From Monocercomonoides exilis PA203 (Eukaryota > Protista > Preaxostyla), in the NCBI GenBank assembly GCA_001643675.2, contig LSRY02000003.1, forward strand, positions 1,612,001-1,676,000: DNA of 64,000 bases, written 5' to 3'. The position numbers and the translations under genes were made by a program. Position 1 is the first letter of the stretch, and every line of letters starts with the position of its first letter. Shown piece after piece: positions 11,397-22,809 of the stretch. The notes under the pieces are model-generated. The model saw nothing but the letters and a program-made list of their open reading frames with translations. It was not told the origin of the DNA and did no database searches.

Positions 11397-13479
11397 GAGC
11401 AGAGAAATAGCAGAAGAACAATAGAAATATGAAGAAGGAAAAGAAGAAGAAGAAGAATATTCAGAGAGAAGAAGAATATTCAGAGAAGAGGAAGGAGAAG
11501 GAGAAAATTGGATTGATGATTGATGATTGGACTGTGAAGGAGGAAAGGGAAAAACAGAAACGGAAAGGGTGATTGCATTTCTCCGATGGGTTCTATTTCT
11601 CCGAAATCTTCATCTTCTTCCTTCTTCCTTCTTCCTCGTCTGATTTATCACCAATTTCAACATCAAAAGAAGCAAGATTATCTTCAATGCCTTCTTTTCT
11701 TCTTTCTTTCTTTCTTCTTCTTCTTCTTCTGTTTCATGTTCTTCTTCACTGCTTTCTGCATCCTCATCCAATTCATCCTTTCAAACAATCCAGTCTTCCT
11801 CTGCCTTTGGGCTATATTACACCTATTTCTCCCCTCCTTCTTCTAATTCGTGTTCTTCACCTTCTTCTTCACCTTCTTCACCTTCTTCTTCTTCTTCTCC
11901 TTCTCCTTCTCCTTCTCCTTCTTTTTCTTTTTCTTCATCTTCGTCTTTGTCTTTGTCTAAATCACTCATTCATCACCATCAACCTCAAAGCAAACAAAAC
12001 AGTCTTCTTCTGCATGGTATACTTCCCCTTCCTCCAATTTTTTCTTTATCTTCTTTTTCTTCTGCTGCTTCTTCATCTTCTTCTTGTTCTTCCTCTTTGC
12101 AATTATCTTCATTTGATGTCTTTTGCATTTTTTCAGATCCAACAGACAAACATCATAATTTTTTGTTTTTGGAGAGAAAGGCAATGAAACCACACAAAGT
12201 TTGCAAATGAACTGAGAATATCAATCTAATTGACAAATTAATGCTAATTGGCCAATATTATATGTGATTGGGGTTTTTTATCACTTCCTAAGTCAACTTA
12301 TCAAATGTGACATTTAACCAACTGACAGCATCAAACAAGTCGTTTTCATCATCTTCTTCAGAAATGTTATTTGACTGATTATTCGTCTTTCAATAATTTC
12401 TTCTTCTTCTTTTTCTTCAAATTCTTCAACTTCTTCTACATTTTATTCTTTCCCACCAGTTGTTCCATCTTCACCATTTTCTTCTTCTTCAGCTCCTTCT
12501 CCAACTTTTTCAATGCCATTTTCACTAACTTTGCATTGGATCGGAACATCGACCATCTGATACATTTAAGCTGTTCAATTGGAAGCACAAGAAAATTTCA
12601 CCGGAAATTGCTTCATTTCCTTTCCTTCTCAATGGTCGATTTTTAATTGCGACCTCATTTAATTTTTCAATCACGATTCTCGTGATGAAAAGCCATTTAT
12701 TCAAATTCGTTTTGTTTCGTTTCGTTTCTTCTTCTTCAACGTCTTTTTCAACGAGCAATAAAAATTGTGATGTTATTTTTGTTTCAATAAACAACCCTCG
12801 AATTCAACGCCTGGCCTCATCATCGATGTCAATTTGGTAACGCAAAAAGAAATATCTATTTTATCACAGAATATCAGCTGAAGTTATATGATAATAGAAG
12901 AGATACTTTATTTTACACGAAAAGCTGATAAGACGAAGCGAAATAAAAAAAGGAGGATGCTTTTCCCCTTTTTTCAGTGAATGAAGGAGACACAGATGAA
13001 AAAGAAAAAGAATTGGAGAAATCCTTTTATGAAATGGATAGGTTCCAAAATGGCCTTCGGCAGATTTCACAACGTCATGCTCCTTCAATATATCGCAGAA
13101 GATGAAACAAAGAGAGAAAGCGGTTGTTTTAGGAAGATCAATAATCGAAGGATAATTCTATGAAGAAGGGGTATCTTCAGCTGAAAAAAAGATGAAGTGA
13201 AAATGGCAAAAGAAATTGAAAGTTTTGAAGAGATTACTGATATTATCGAAAGATATCTTTTTGAAGAGAAGAATAATAGAAAACATTTATTTAAGCAACG
13301 AGTTTTATTTCTTTTGATGGAGAAGAAAAATTAGAAGAGGAAATTTCAAAGAAATATGTTTTACGCGATCCGATGTGAGACTTCTCAAAAGAAAAGTGAT
13401 GATACGTTCTCTTGTTGAAAAGAAGATGAAAATTCATGAATGCAAAGTGAAATGAAAAGCCATCAGAATTAGAAGAAAT

Positions 13480-14679
13480 TTATATGAGAATTAGAAAAAT
13501 AATATCGCATACAGTGAATTTTGTATCGACCGCGCAGAATGTGAGAGTGTTTGTGGGAGCGAAAGTGGAGATGAGAAGAGAGAGGGAGGCATCGCTGAAG
13601 GGAGCAATGCATCCGAGAGCATACTCCACTGTGGCGCATGGGCTTTGCTGTGCTTTGCCACAGGCATCAACATCACTTCCATTGCTGGCAACGATTTTGT
13701 TCTGGTTGATGATTGGAAGCCAGTCATTGTACACACCGCTATCTGCAGTTCCTGCATTCCACACTCTTTTCGATAGGGTTGTTGATCCACAATTCTCGAA
13801 TGGGGATTGGGTAATATCACTTCCGTAAAAGAACACATCATTCCCTCTTCCATTAGTTGCAGTGTTTCCATCGAAGAAGCAGAATGTGATGAATTTTACT
13901 CCATTCATCCATGAAAAAGGAGGATAAAAACACATTGCAGCACCTCCATATGTCGAAGAAGCAGTTAATTTGTTATTAATGAACTGGCACTCATTGATTG
14001 AAAACTGACTTGGCTTGCTGCTGGGTGGGGGTTGAAATGTTAAAGAACCTGTTGAATCGCCACCAGAATTTGAAATGCACTTGCATTTGGAAAACAGGAA
14101 TTGACAAGCTGAGGCCATATCATACACATGAAAATACCAGCCAGTTCCACACCAGTATGTTATTGAACAATTTTCAACTCTGTTTTCTGAGAATGTCCAA
14201 ACAGAATTGGATTGAGGATACCCCACATAAACAGCCCCTCCGTGTCTCGCCTGGCAGTTCAAAAAGTTGGATTTTGAAAAATTGACTTTTAACAAATATA
14301 TGCAGTATAATGCGCCTCCTTCACCATTTCCTGTGCAGTAGCAATTGTTAAATGAGCAAGAAGTGATTGTGAGATTTGCATTTGTACAAGAAACACAAAG
14401 TGCACCTCCTGCAGAAGATCCACCAGTTGAATCATTCCATTCGCACCATTCAAAGATATAGCTATTCAAATCAGTAAATGGCAATCTACTTAATTCCTTT
14501 TTTTGAGTTTCGGATCCGTTATATTTTACAACATCATTTGATGAAGAGCGTGTTTGGTGGAGAAAAGAGGTGTTGAAGGCAGAGAGAAAAGTGAATGGAC
14601 TGTTGAGGTTGGGGAGAATGGTTCCATCGATGGGGTTGTGGGTGTGGATGAAAATGGTTGAGATGAATGCGAAAAACAT
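13480..14679 (-). CDS. Copy C of the GGA-repeat family (399 aa, short hydrophobic N-terminus, 3'-truncated relative to copy E)
   Basis: Intact ORF from ATG 14679 (MFFAFISTIFIHTHNPIDG) with all family motifs. It diverges from E after AVDT. Expression is unknown. Confidence 0.7.
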   Translation of the reverse strand: MFFAFISTIFIHTHNPIDGTILPNLNSPFTFLSAFNTSFLHQTRSSSNDVVKYNGSETQKKELSRLPFTDLNSYIFEWCEWNDSTGGSSAGGALCVSCTNANLTITSCSFNNCYCTGNGEGGALYCIYLLKVNFSKSNFLNCQARHGGAVYVGYPQSNSVWTFSENRVENCSITYWCGTGWYFHVYDMASACQFLFSKCKCISNSGGDSTGSLTFQPPPSSKPSQFSINECQFINNKLTASSTYGGAAMCFYPPFSWMNGVKFITFCFFDGNTATNGRGNDVFFYGSDITQSPFENCGSTTLSKRVWNAGTADSGVYNDWLPIINQNKIVASNGSDVDACGKAQQSPCATVEYALGCIAPFSDASLSLLISTFAPTNTLTFCAVDTKFTVCDIIFLILI

Positions 14680-14948
14680 TTGGAGTGTTTTGTTTGCAAG
14701 AAGAAGAACGCAAAAATGAAAGAGGAGGAATGAAAAATAGTGTTTTCTCTGAAGCTCTCTGGTTTATTTGTTATCATTTGCCTTCATCATTTCCAGCGTG
14801 AACATTTTCATCGATTCATTGCATGTTCTTCAAACTTATCAAAAACATATCATCCAACTTCTTCATCATCCACTTCATCAGATAAATTTCTTCATGATCT
14901 GTTTCATCATCAGAGATCACGAAAGAAATGATGAAGAAACTAAGAAAT

Positions 14949-16316
14949 TTATTTATAAATGAAATATTCAGAAATAAGAATTAGATGAAAAAGTATGAAA
15001 GAAGAGCCGAAGTTGAGAGTAATTGAAGGGACTGCATTGAGAGGGGATTCGGAAAGGAAATGGAATTGAGAAGATGGAAGAGATTTTTTGGAAGAAAGAG
15101 GAGAATCTGGATGGAAGTTGAATTTGCGAAGAGAAGGAAACAGCAATAAACGCAAAGAAAAGCATTTGGATAAACAGAGGATAAATTTGTATAAAGAAAC
15201 AACAACAAGCAAGTCAGGGTGATGCAATTCAGAAGAAATTAAAAATATGATTAACGAGAGAAAAGAAGGAATATGAGAAGCGGGGGAAAAAAATAATTGG
15301 AAAAGAGAAGATAGTGAGAAAAGCTTTTTGTTAGAAGAATTAGTTAAGAAAAGATGAGAAAGCCAGCCATTGTACTCGGTATTATCAGCTGTTCCTTGAT
15401 TCCACACTCTTTTTGATGGGGTCGTTGAGCCACATTGCTGGAATGGAGATTGGGTGATGGCATTACCACTGAAGAACGCGTCATTCCCTCTGCCATTTGT
15501 GGCGGAGTTGCCATCGAAGAAACAGAATGTGATGAATTTCATTCCATTCATCCAAGAATAAGTTGAATGAAAATAAATTGCGGCACCTCCATAAGATTTA
15601 GAAGCAGTCAGATTGTTATTGATGAAATGACACTCAACGATTGAAAATAGAATTGGCTTTGCAGAAGGAGGATTTTGAAATGTTAAAGAACCTGTGGAAT
15701 CACCACCCGAATTTGAGATGCACTTGCATTTTAAAAACTGAAATTGAACAGTTGTTGGATTATAATCGAGTCCAAAAAACCAACCAGTTCCGCACCAGTT
15801 TGTGATTGAACAACTTTCCACTCTGTTTTCTGAGAATGAATAAACAGAATTTGATTGTGGCCAGCCAACGTAAGCAGCTCCTCCATGAGCCGCAGTACAA
15901 CTTGTGAAATTGGATTTTGCGAAATTGACATTTTGCAAATATCTGCAAAATAATGCTCCACCATGATCACCAGTTGAACAATTGTTGAATGAACAAGAAG
16001 TGATTGTGAGATTTGCATTTGTGCATTCAACATAAAGTGCACCCCCATGGCCAGTTCCACCATTTGAATTCTCCCATATGCACCACTCGAAGCGATGACT
16101 GTTTTGATCGAATGAAGTCAGTCTTCCAAGTTTCACTCTTTGAGTTTCAGTTCCAACATGTACAACAGCAGCATTTGGTGAAGAGCGTGTTTGGTGGAGG
16201 AAAGAGGCATTGAAGGCAGAGAGAGAAGTGGCAGGGCTGTTGAGGTTGGGGAGGATGGCACCATCGATGGGGTTGTGGGCATGGATGAAGATGGATGAGT
16301 GGAATGCGAAAAACAT
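14949..16316 (-). CDS. Copy D of the GGA-repeat family; homology ends near 15360 and the frame then reads into flanking sequence
   Basis: In-frame ATG at 16316 (MFFAFHSSIFIHAHNPIDG) and family motifs up to YNGWL. Confidence 0.65.
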   Translation of the reverse strand: MFFAFHSSIFIHAHNPIDGAILPNLNSPATSLSAFNASFLHQTRSSPNAAVVHVGTETQRVKLGRLTSFDQNSHRFEWCIWENSNGGTGHGGALYVECTNANLTITSCSFNNCSTGDHGGALFCRYLQNVNFAKSNFTSCTAAHGGAAYVGWPQSNSVYSFSENRVESCSITNWCGTGWFFGLDYNPTTVQFQFLKCKCISNSGGDSTGSLTFQNPPSAKPILFSIVECHFINNNLTASKSYGGAAIYFHSTYSWMNGMKFITFCFFDGNSATNGRGNDAFFSGNAITQSPFQQCGSTTPSKRVWNQGTADNTEYNGWLSHLFLTNSSNKKLFSLSSLFQLFFSPASHIPSFLSLIIFLISSELHHPDLLVVVSLYKFILCLSKCFSLRLLLFPSLRKFNFHPDSPLSSKKSLPSSQFHFLSESPLNAVPSITLNFGSSFILFHLILISEYFIYK

Positions 16317-16719
16317 TTGGAGGATATTGTTTGCCGGAAGAACACGCAAAAATAAAAGAAGAAAACCATAAAAAATGATTTCAGCGAGACTCTCGGATTT
16401 TTTTGTGTGTGTGTGTTAACATTTGCCTTCACAATTCTCAGCAGCTAATCATTTCTTACAATTCATTCATTATCACCTTCTTCTTCATCTTCTTCACCTT
16501 CTTCTTTGTTTCTTGATCTCATTTCGAATTGAAACAGAGCATCGACCTTCAAATGCCTTTATGTCATTCAATTTGGCAGAGCCGCCATGTGATCCAAAAA
16601 TTATTACATTCATATTTCTTCCTCTCAACGACCGTTCACCAAATGCGCCTTCATTTCATTTTTCATTCATTATTCTGATGAGAAAAAAGCCATCTGGACG
16701 ATTCATTTCATTCAAATTG

Positions 16720-16750
<31 letters not shown>

Positions 16751-17307
16751 CGATTAGAAACAAAAAATGTTTTTGCATTCGTTTCATTCAACTTTCATCA
16801 AATTCAGGGATAAGCCTCGTCTTTTATTTTCTTTTCGGAAGCACAAAAGGATTATTCATTCTATTACAAAATGTAGCCAAATTTAAATAGCAATAGAGGT
16901 GATTTCGAGTCGAAAAAAGCTGATCAGTCGGAGCGAAATCAAAAAAGGAGGACGATTTTGCCTTTTTTATTTGGAAGCTGAAAGAGGCGCAGATAAAAAA
17001 GAAAGAGTATTAGAGCAATTCTTTTATGAAATGAATGAGCTCAAAAATAGCGTTCGGCAGGTTACACAACGTCACACGCCTTCAATATGTCGGAGAAGAT
17101 GAAACGATGAAGGAAACATATTTATTTGAAAAGGCAAATTTAATGGATAATTCTATGAAAGAAGAGAATAAATGCTCGACAAGCAATGTTGATTTCATCA
17201 AATGCACATATGAGATGTTTTCTTCTATTTTGTGTGCCTTCTCTTCAAATATCTTCGACTTTGCCTTCATTTGTACATAAATTCACAATTTGTCTGCTCA
17301 TTCAATA

Positions 17308-19550
17308 TTATTTACCAACTTTCTTCACCTTCTTCAGAAAGCCCATTGCATTGCGTGTGCTCTTGCAGGGCATCTTTGATAGCCAACAACGCATTGCTTT
17401 GATGCCAAGTATGTTTTCCATATGTTCGTCATAAGCTGAATGCCCGTTGAGAAATATAAACAAATCGATATTCCAATCGCCAAATGCTTCTGTTCTGTCA
17501 TGTCCAACAGCCGAATTGTCTTTCTGAGTGATGCTTGTCATGAAAGTGAACAAGGGTTCCTTTACAGAAGCGACAAGGGATTCGCACACAAAATACATAT
17601 CTCTTCCGACGCTGGCCTTGTTGGCAGAAAACACGATATTGGTGATGGAAAAGGTTGTGGATGACACTTCTGAATCATCCTTGTACTCGATCATGAGAGC
17701 ACCGCCTTTTCCTCCAGAACTTGTATCCTCGCTCACAGAGCAGCTGGAGAAGGTGGAGTTCCTCGCAGAAAATGTGTTGGCAGTGGAAGATGAGGCGAAT
17801 GAGATGCACCCGCCATTGGTGGCAGTTTGTTGGCTCAACTGTTCTGAGTTGATACTGGTGATGGTGCAGTTGGCGAGGGAGAGGGAGAGGGCAGGGGAGG
17901 TGGCAGAGGAGAGGACACAGCTGGTGGGGGTGGCTGTGGAGGTGATGTGGGTGATGTTGGAGGAGTTGAGGGTGAGGGGATTTGTGAGTGAGGTGAGGTG
18001 GAAGATGCTCTGGCTGTTGAGGGTGAGACTGGTGATTGCTGTGTGGTTGAGGGCGATGGAGCCAGCAGTGAGGAAGAAGAGGGGTGTTTTTATTGTTATG
18101 GAGGTTGTTCCGGTGATGGTGGTTGTGTTGAGGTTGAGGGAAGGGGAGTTACCGGAGAGGTGGAAGAGGATGGGGGTGATTTGGTTTGAGGAGTTGTGGG
18201 CGATGGCAAGGGCAGAGACTGTGAGGGAGCCCTGTGTCTGTTGGAAGAGGGCAGACGAGGCAGATGGATCTGGTGAAGAAGATGTTGATGATGATGAAAA
18301 TGATGAAAATGATGAAAGAGATGATGTTGATTGTGATGAGTGTGAATGTGAGTTTTGTGGTTGGGGAATGCCACTGGAGGCGATGATGGTGGCAGTTGTG
18401 CCATTTCCAGTGATTATGGTATCAACCGCGCTGAAGGTGAGTGTTTGAGTTGGAACAAATGTTGAACTGAGGAGGGTGAGGGAGGCGTCGTGGAGGAGGG
18501 AAACGAAGCCAGTGAGGGCATACTCGATGGTGGCACATGGGGTCTGTTGGGGTCTACCACAGACGTCGACATCAGTTCCATTGCTGGCAACGATTTTGTT
18601 CTGAGCAATGAGGGGGAGCCAGCCATTGAACACGGTATTATCAGCTGTTCCTTGATTCCAGACTCTTTTTGTTGAAGTTGTTGATCCACAATTCTCAAAC
18701 GGAGATTGGGTGATATCACTTCCGTAAAAGAACACATCATTTCCTCTGCCATTTGTGGCAGTGTTTCCATCGAAGAAGCAGAATGTGATGAATTTAAACC
18801 CGCTCATCCAGGAATAAGTTGCTGTGCAACACAGCGCAGCGCCACCATAGGAAGTTGATGAACTTGTCAATTTGTTGTTTATGAATTGGCAATCATTAAC
18901 CAAAAATTGATTTGGTTTGGTTCCTGGAGGAGCATTGAATGTTAAAGAACCAGCAGCATCACCACCAGAATTTGAGATGCACTTGCATTTGGAAAACAGG
19001 AATTGAGCACTTGTTGGTGTACTTCCCATGTTAAAATACCAACCAGTTCCACACCAATTTGTTATTGAACAACTTTCCGCTCTGTTTTCTGAGAATGCCC
19101 AAGCAGAATTTGGTTGAGGGCTCCATATTGATACTGCTCCTCCATGAGCAGCTGAACAATTTGTAATATTGGATTTTGTGATATCAATTTTTAACAAACT
19201 GTTACAAAATAATGCTCCGCCTTCTCCACTTCCTGTGGTTGTACATTTGTGAAATGAGCAAGAAGTGATTGTGAGATTTGCATTTGTGCAAACAACTTTA
19301 AGTGCACCTCCATGATCACCACCACCATTTGAATCTTTCCATTCGCACCATTCAAAGCGATGACTGTTTTGATCGAATGAAGTCAACCTCCCAGGTGATT
19401 TTCTTTGAGATTCTGTTCCAATATGCTTTACAGGATCATTTGATGAAGAACGTGTTTGGTGGAGAAAAGAGGTGTTGAAGGCAGAGAGAGAAGTGAATGG
19501 ACTGTTGAGATTTGGGAGAATGGTTCCATCGATGGGGTTGTGAGTTGTGT
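17308..19550 (-). pseudogene. Copy E of the GGA-repeat family; the copy extending furthest 3', with no in-frame ATG start
   Basis: The 692-aa ORF extends upstream to HNPIDG (~19540), preceded by an in-frame TAA. It adds a Ser/Thr-rich region and further repeats (GGCISF, GGKGGALMI, FSANKASVGRDMYFVC). No transmembrane anchor is seen. Confidence 0.75.
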
Positions 19551-20650
19551 GAATGAGAAAATCAATATGAAAAGAGCAAAGTTATTCTGAAACAACGATT
19601 GTGAAAATGAAGATAGGAGTTCAATCCTGATTGGAAAAAACAATTTTTGTTTTGAATTAATTTTTTCGTTTTTCGAGTTTTCTTTTTCGAGAGCCGTTTC
19701 TGAATGAATGAGCAATGCAATAGGAGAAAAAGAAAAGGATGCTTATATGATGTTATGCTTTGCTTAAAGTTCTTTTGCATTTGTTTGTGTTTGGAACGAC
19801 GAAATTATTCATAGCCTGGTAAGTGTCGTTTTTTGTTTTCTATCACTCAGAAAGTTATTTCGTCATTTGTGTTTATCACAATGAAAACAATTTAAGATTT
19901 GTGAAATGAGCATTCGATTCTCAAGTTTCTTCTTAATATTCCTTTGTTGACTTTGTTTTTAGTTTGAGAGCATTGTTTGAATGAAAAACCAAAAAGATTT
20001 CGATTGTAGGAAAAAAAATTTTTTTTATTAAAAATAATCCTTGAGCAACATTAACTGGAAAAGAAAATAATACTTTTTGAATCAAGTTTGTTTTTGCAAT
20101 GAAAGGATTTTTTTTTTATAATCAAAGACAGAAAGTTGTTCAATTTAACTGCAATGAATAACTATTTCAAAACTTTGACATGATGTCATACAAACATTTT
20201 AAATAAATTGAAATTGGCAATGCTTTTGTCAATAATATCGAAAAGGAATTGAACGAAAATAACTTTGAACAGTTTGAGATGTTCAGTTGATATCGCTAAT
20301 AATTTCTTCAATTTTTGCTCGATTCTTCTTGTGGCTGCAGATGATTGCGATTAGAGACGAAGTCACTGGTGCAGAAAAACTGTAAACCAAAAATTTGAAA
20401 CAGCAACTTCGAAATGATATTTTTTTTGTGTTTGATAATCTTCATTAAAAAACAAGCTTTCTTTTTGCAAAAATGTTTTTCGTTGTTGTAGTGTATTATT
20501 CAGTCCTATTCATGAAGATAATTCAGGAGAAAAAAATGAAAATTCAAAAAGTTTAACCAAAGTTTGTTTTCATTGAAAAATCAATCATTGAAACAAACAA
20601 TAAAAACAAACAAATTGAATAAATAAATAAAATACAGGAAACCTTCAAAA

Positions 20651-20720
20651 TAAAGAAAAGAAAAAGAAAAAGAAAAGAAAAGAAAGAAAAGAAAAGAAAA
20701 GAAAAGAAAAACAAAGAAAA
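20651..20720. repeat. (GAAAA)n microsatellite, mirrored as (TTTTC)n at ~21635-21715
   Basis: Direct reading. Confidence 0.9.
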
Positions 20721-21164
20721 TGATTATTAACTATTCCTAAAAATATTTTTTAATAATGTAATTATTTTTGATAATATATTTTTCTTTCAAAATTCTCGGT
20801 TCATAAATTTCCTTGAATATTAATAAATGAACACAAAAAAAGTGAAATGGTATGTTTAAGACATCGTCGTTTTTAATTCTGATTAAACATTTGTTTTTGA
20901 AACAGTTGCGATAGTTTTTGCATTTGAATTCAAAATCTCTTCCCAATGGCAAACAATCATTGAAAAATCAATATAGTTAGTGTTAATAATGGTGGACACT
21001 TTCAATAACTGTGGACAGTTGTATTATTTCAACAACTGTTGGTCGTTGCTTTTTGACAATTAACCCATTTATTCCCTCAACGAATATGAACTTATAAGAC
21101 AAACAGAAATGAAACAATTTGCTCTGCAGAATTTTGAAAAAAACATTTTTAATTTACGGAGAAA

Positions 21165-21188
21165 TTTTGAGAATTCAATTTCTTTGGG
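21165..21188. other. 24-nt non-palindromic spacer at the palindrome centre (TTTTGAGAATTCAATTTCTTTGGG)
   Basis: Flanked by ...AATTTACGGAGAAA (ends 21164) and its reverse complement TTTCTCCGTAAATT... (starts 21189). Confidence 0.97.
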
Positions 21189-22809
21189 TTTCTCCGTAAA
21201 TTAAAAATGTTTTTTTCAAAATTCTGCAGAGCAAATTGTTTCATTTCTGTTTGTCTTATAAGTTCATATTCGTTGAGGGAATAAATGGGTTAATTGTCAA
21301 AAAGCAACGACCAACAGTTGTTGAAATAATACAACTGTCCACAGTTATTGAAAGTGTCCACCATTATTAACACTAACTATATTGATTTTTCAATGATTGT
21401 TTGCCATTGGGAAGAGATTTTGAATTCAAATGCAAAAACTATCGCAACTGTTTCAAAAACAAATGTTTAATCAGAATTAAAAACGACGATGTCTTAAACA
21501 TACCATTTCACTTTTTTTGTGTTCATTTATTAATATTCAAGGGAAATTTATGAACCGAGAATTTTGAAAGAAAAAATATATTATCAAAAATAATTACATT
21601 ATTAAAAAATATTTTTAGGAATAGTTAATAATCATTTTCTTTTCTTTGTTTTTCTTTTCTTTTCTTTTCTTTTCTTTTCTTTTCTTTTCTTTTTCTTTTT
21701 CTTTTTCTTTTATTTTTGAAGGTTTCCTGTATTTTATTTATTTATTCAATTTGTTTGTTTTTATTGTTTGTTTCAATGATTGATTTTTCAATGAAAACAA
21801 ACTTTGGTTAAACTTTTTGAATTTTCATTTTTTTCTCCTGAATTATCTTCATGAATAGGACTGAATAATACACTACAACAACGAAAAACATTTTTGCAAA
21901 AAGAAAGCTTGTTTTTTTAATGAAGATTATCAAACACAAAAAAAATATCATTTCGAAGTTGCTGTTTCAAATTTTTTGGTTTACAGTTTTTCTGCACCAG
22001 TGACTTCGTCTCTAATCGCAATCATCTGCAGCCACAAGAAGAATCGAGCAAAAATTGAAGAAATTATTAGCGATATCAACTGAACATCTCAAACTGTTCA
22101 AAGTTATTTTCGTTCAATTCCTTTTCGATATTATTGACAAAAGCATTGCCAATTTCAATTTATTTAAAATGTTTGTATGACATCATGTCAAAGTTTTGAA
22201 ATAGTTATTCATTGCAGTTAAATTGAACAACTTTCTGTCTTTGATTATAAAAAAAAAATCCTTTCATTGCAAAAACAAACTTGATTCAAAAAGTATTATT
22301 TTCTTTTCCAGTTAATGTTGCTCAAGGATTATTTTTAATAAAAAAAATTTTTTTTCCTACAATCGAAATCTTTTTGGTTTTTCATTCAAACAATGCTCTC
22401 AAACTAAAAACAAAGTCAACAAAGGAATATTAAGAAGAAACTTGAGAATCGAATGCTCATTTCACAAATCTTAAATTGTTTTCATTGTGATAAACACAAA
22501 TGACGAAATAACTTTCTGAGTGATAGAAAACAAAAAACGACACTTACCAGGCTATGAATAATTTCGTCGTTCCAAACACAAACAAATGCAAAAGAACTTT
22601 AAGCAAAGCATAACATCATATAAGCATCCTTTTCTTTTTCTCCTATTGCATTGCTCATTCATTCAGAAACGGCTCTCGAAAAAGAAAACTCGAAAAACGA
22701 AAAATTAATTCAAAACAAAAATTGTTTTTCCAATCAGGATTGAACTCCTATCTTCATTTTCACAATCGTTGTTTCAGAATAACTTTGCTCTTTTCATATT
22801 GATTTTCTC

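Larger units (their letters stand above)
11397..21164. repeat. Inner left arm of a near-perfect ~19.6-kb palindrome
   Basis: It is the reverse complement of 21189-30972. Identical mirror ORFs include 11573+/30182-, 12371+/29723-, 16423+/25474- and 17528+/23915-. Confidence 0.97.

Noticed and set aside
21181-21190. Telomere seed or telomere fusion at the palindrome centre (TTTGGG)
   Set aside because: There is only a single hexamer and no tandem telomeric array.
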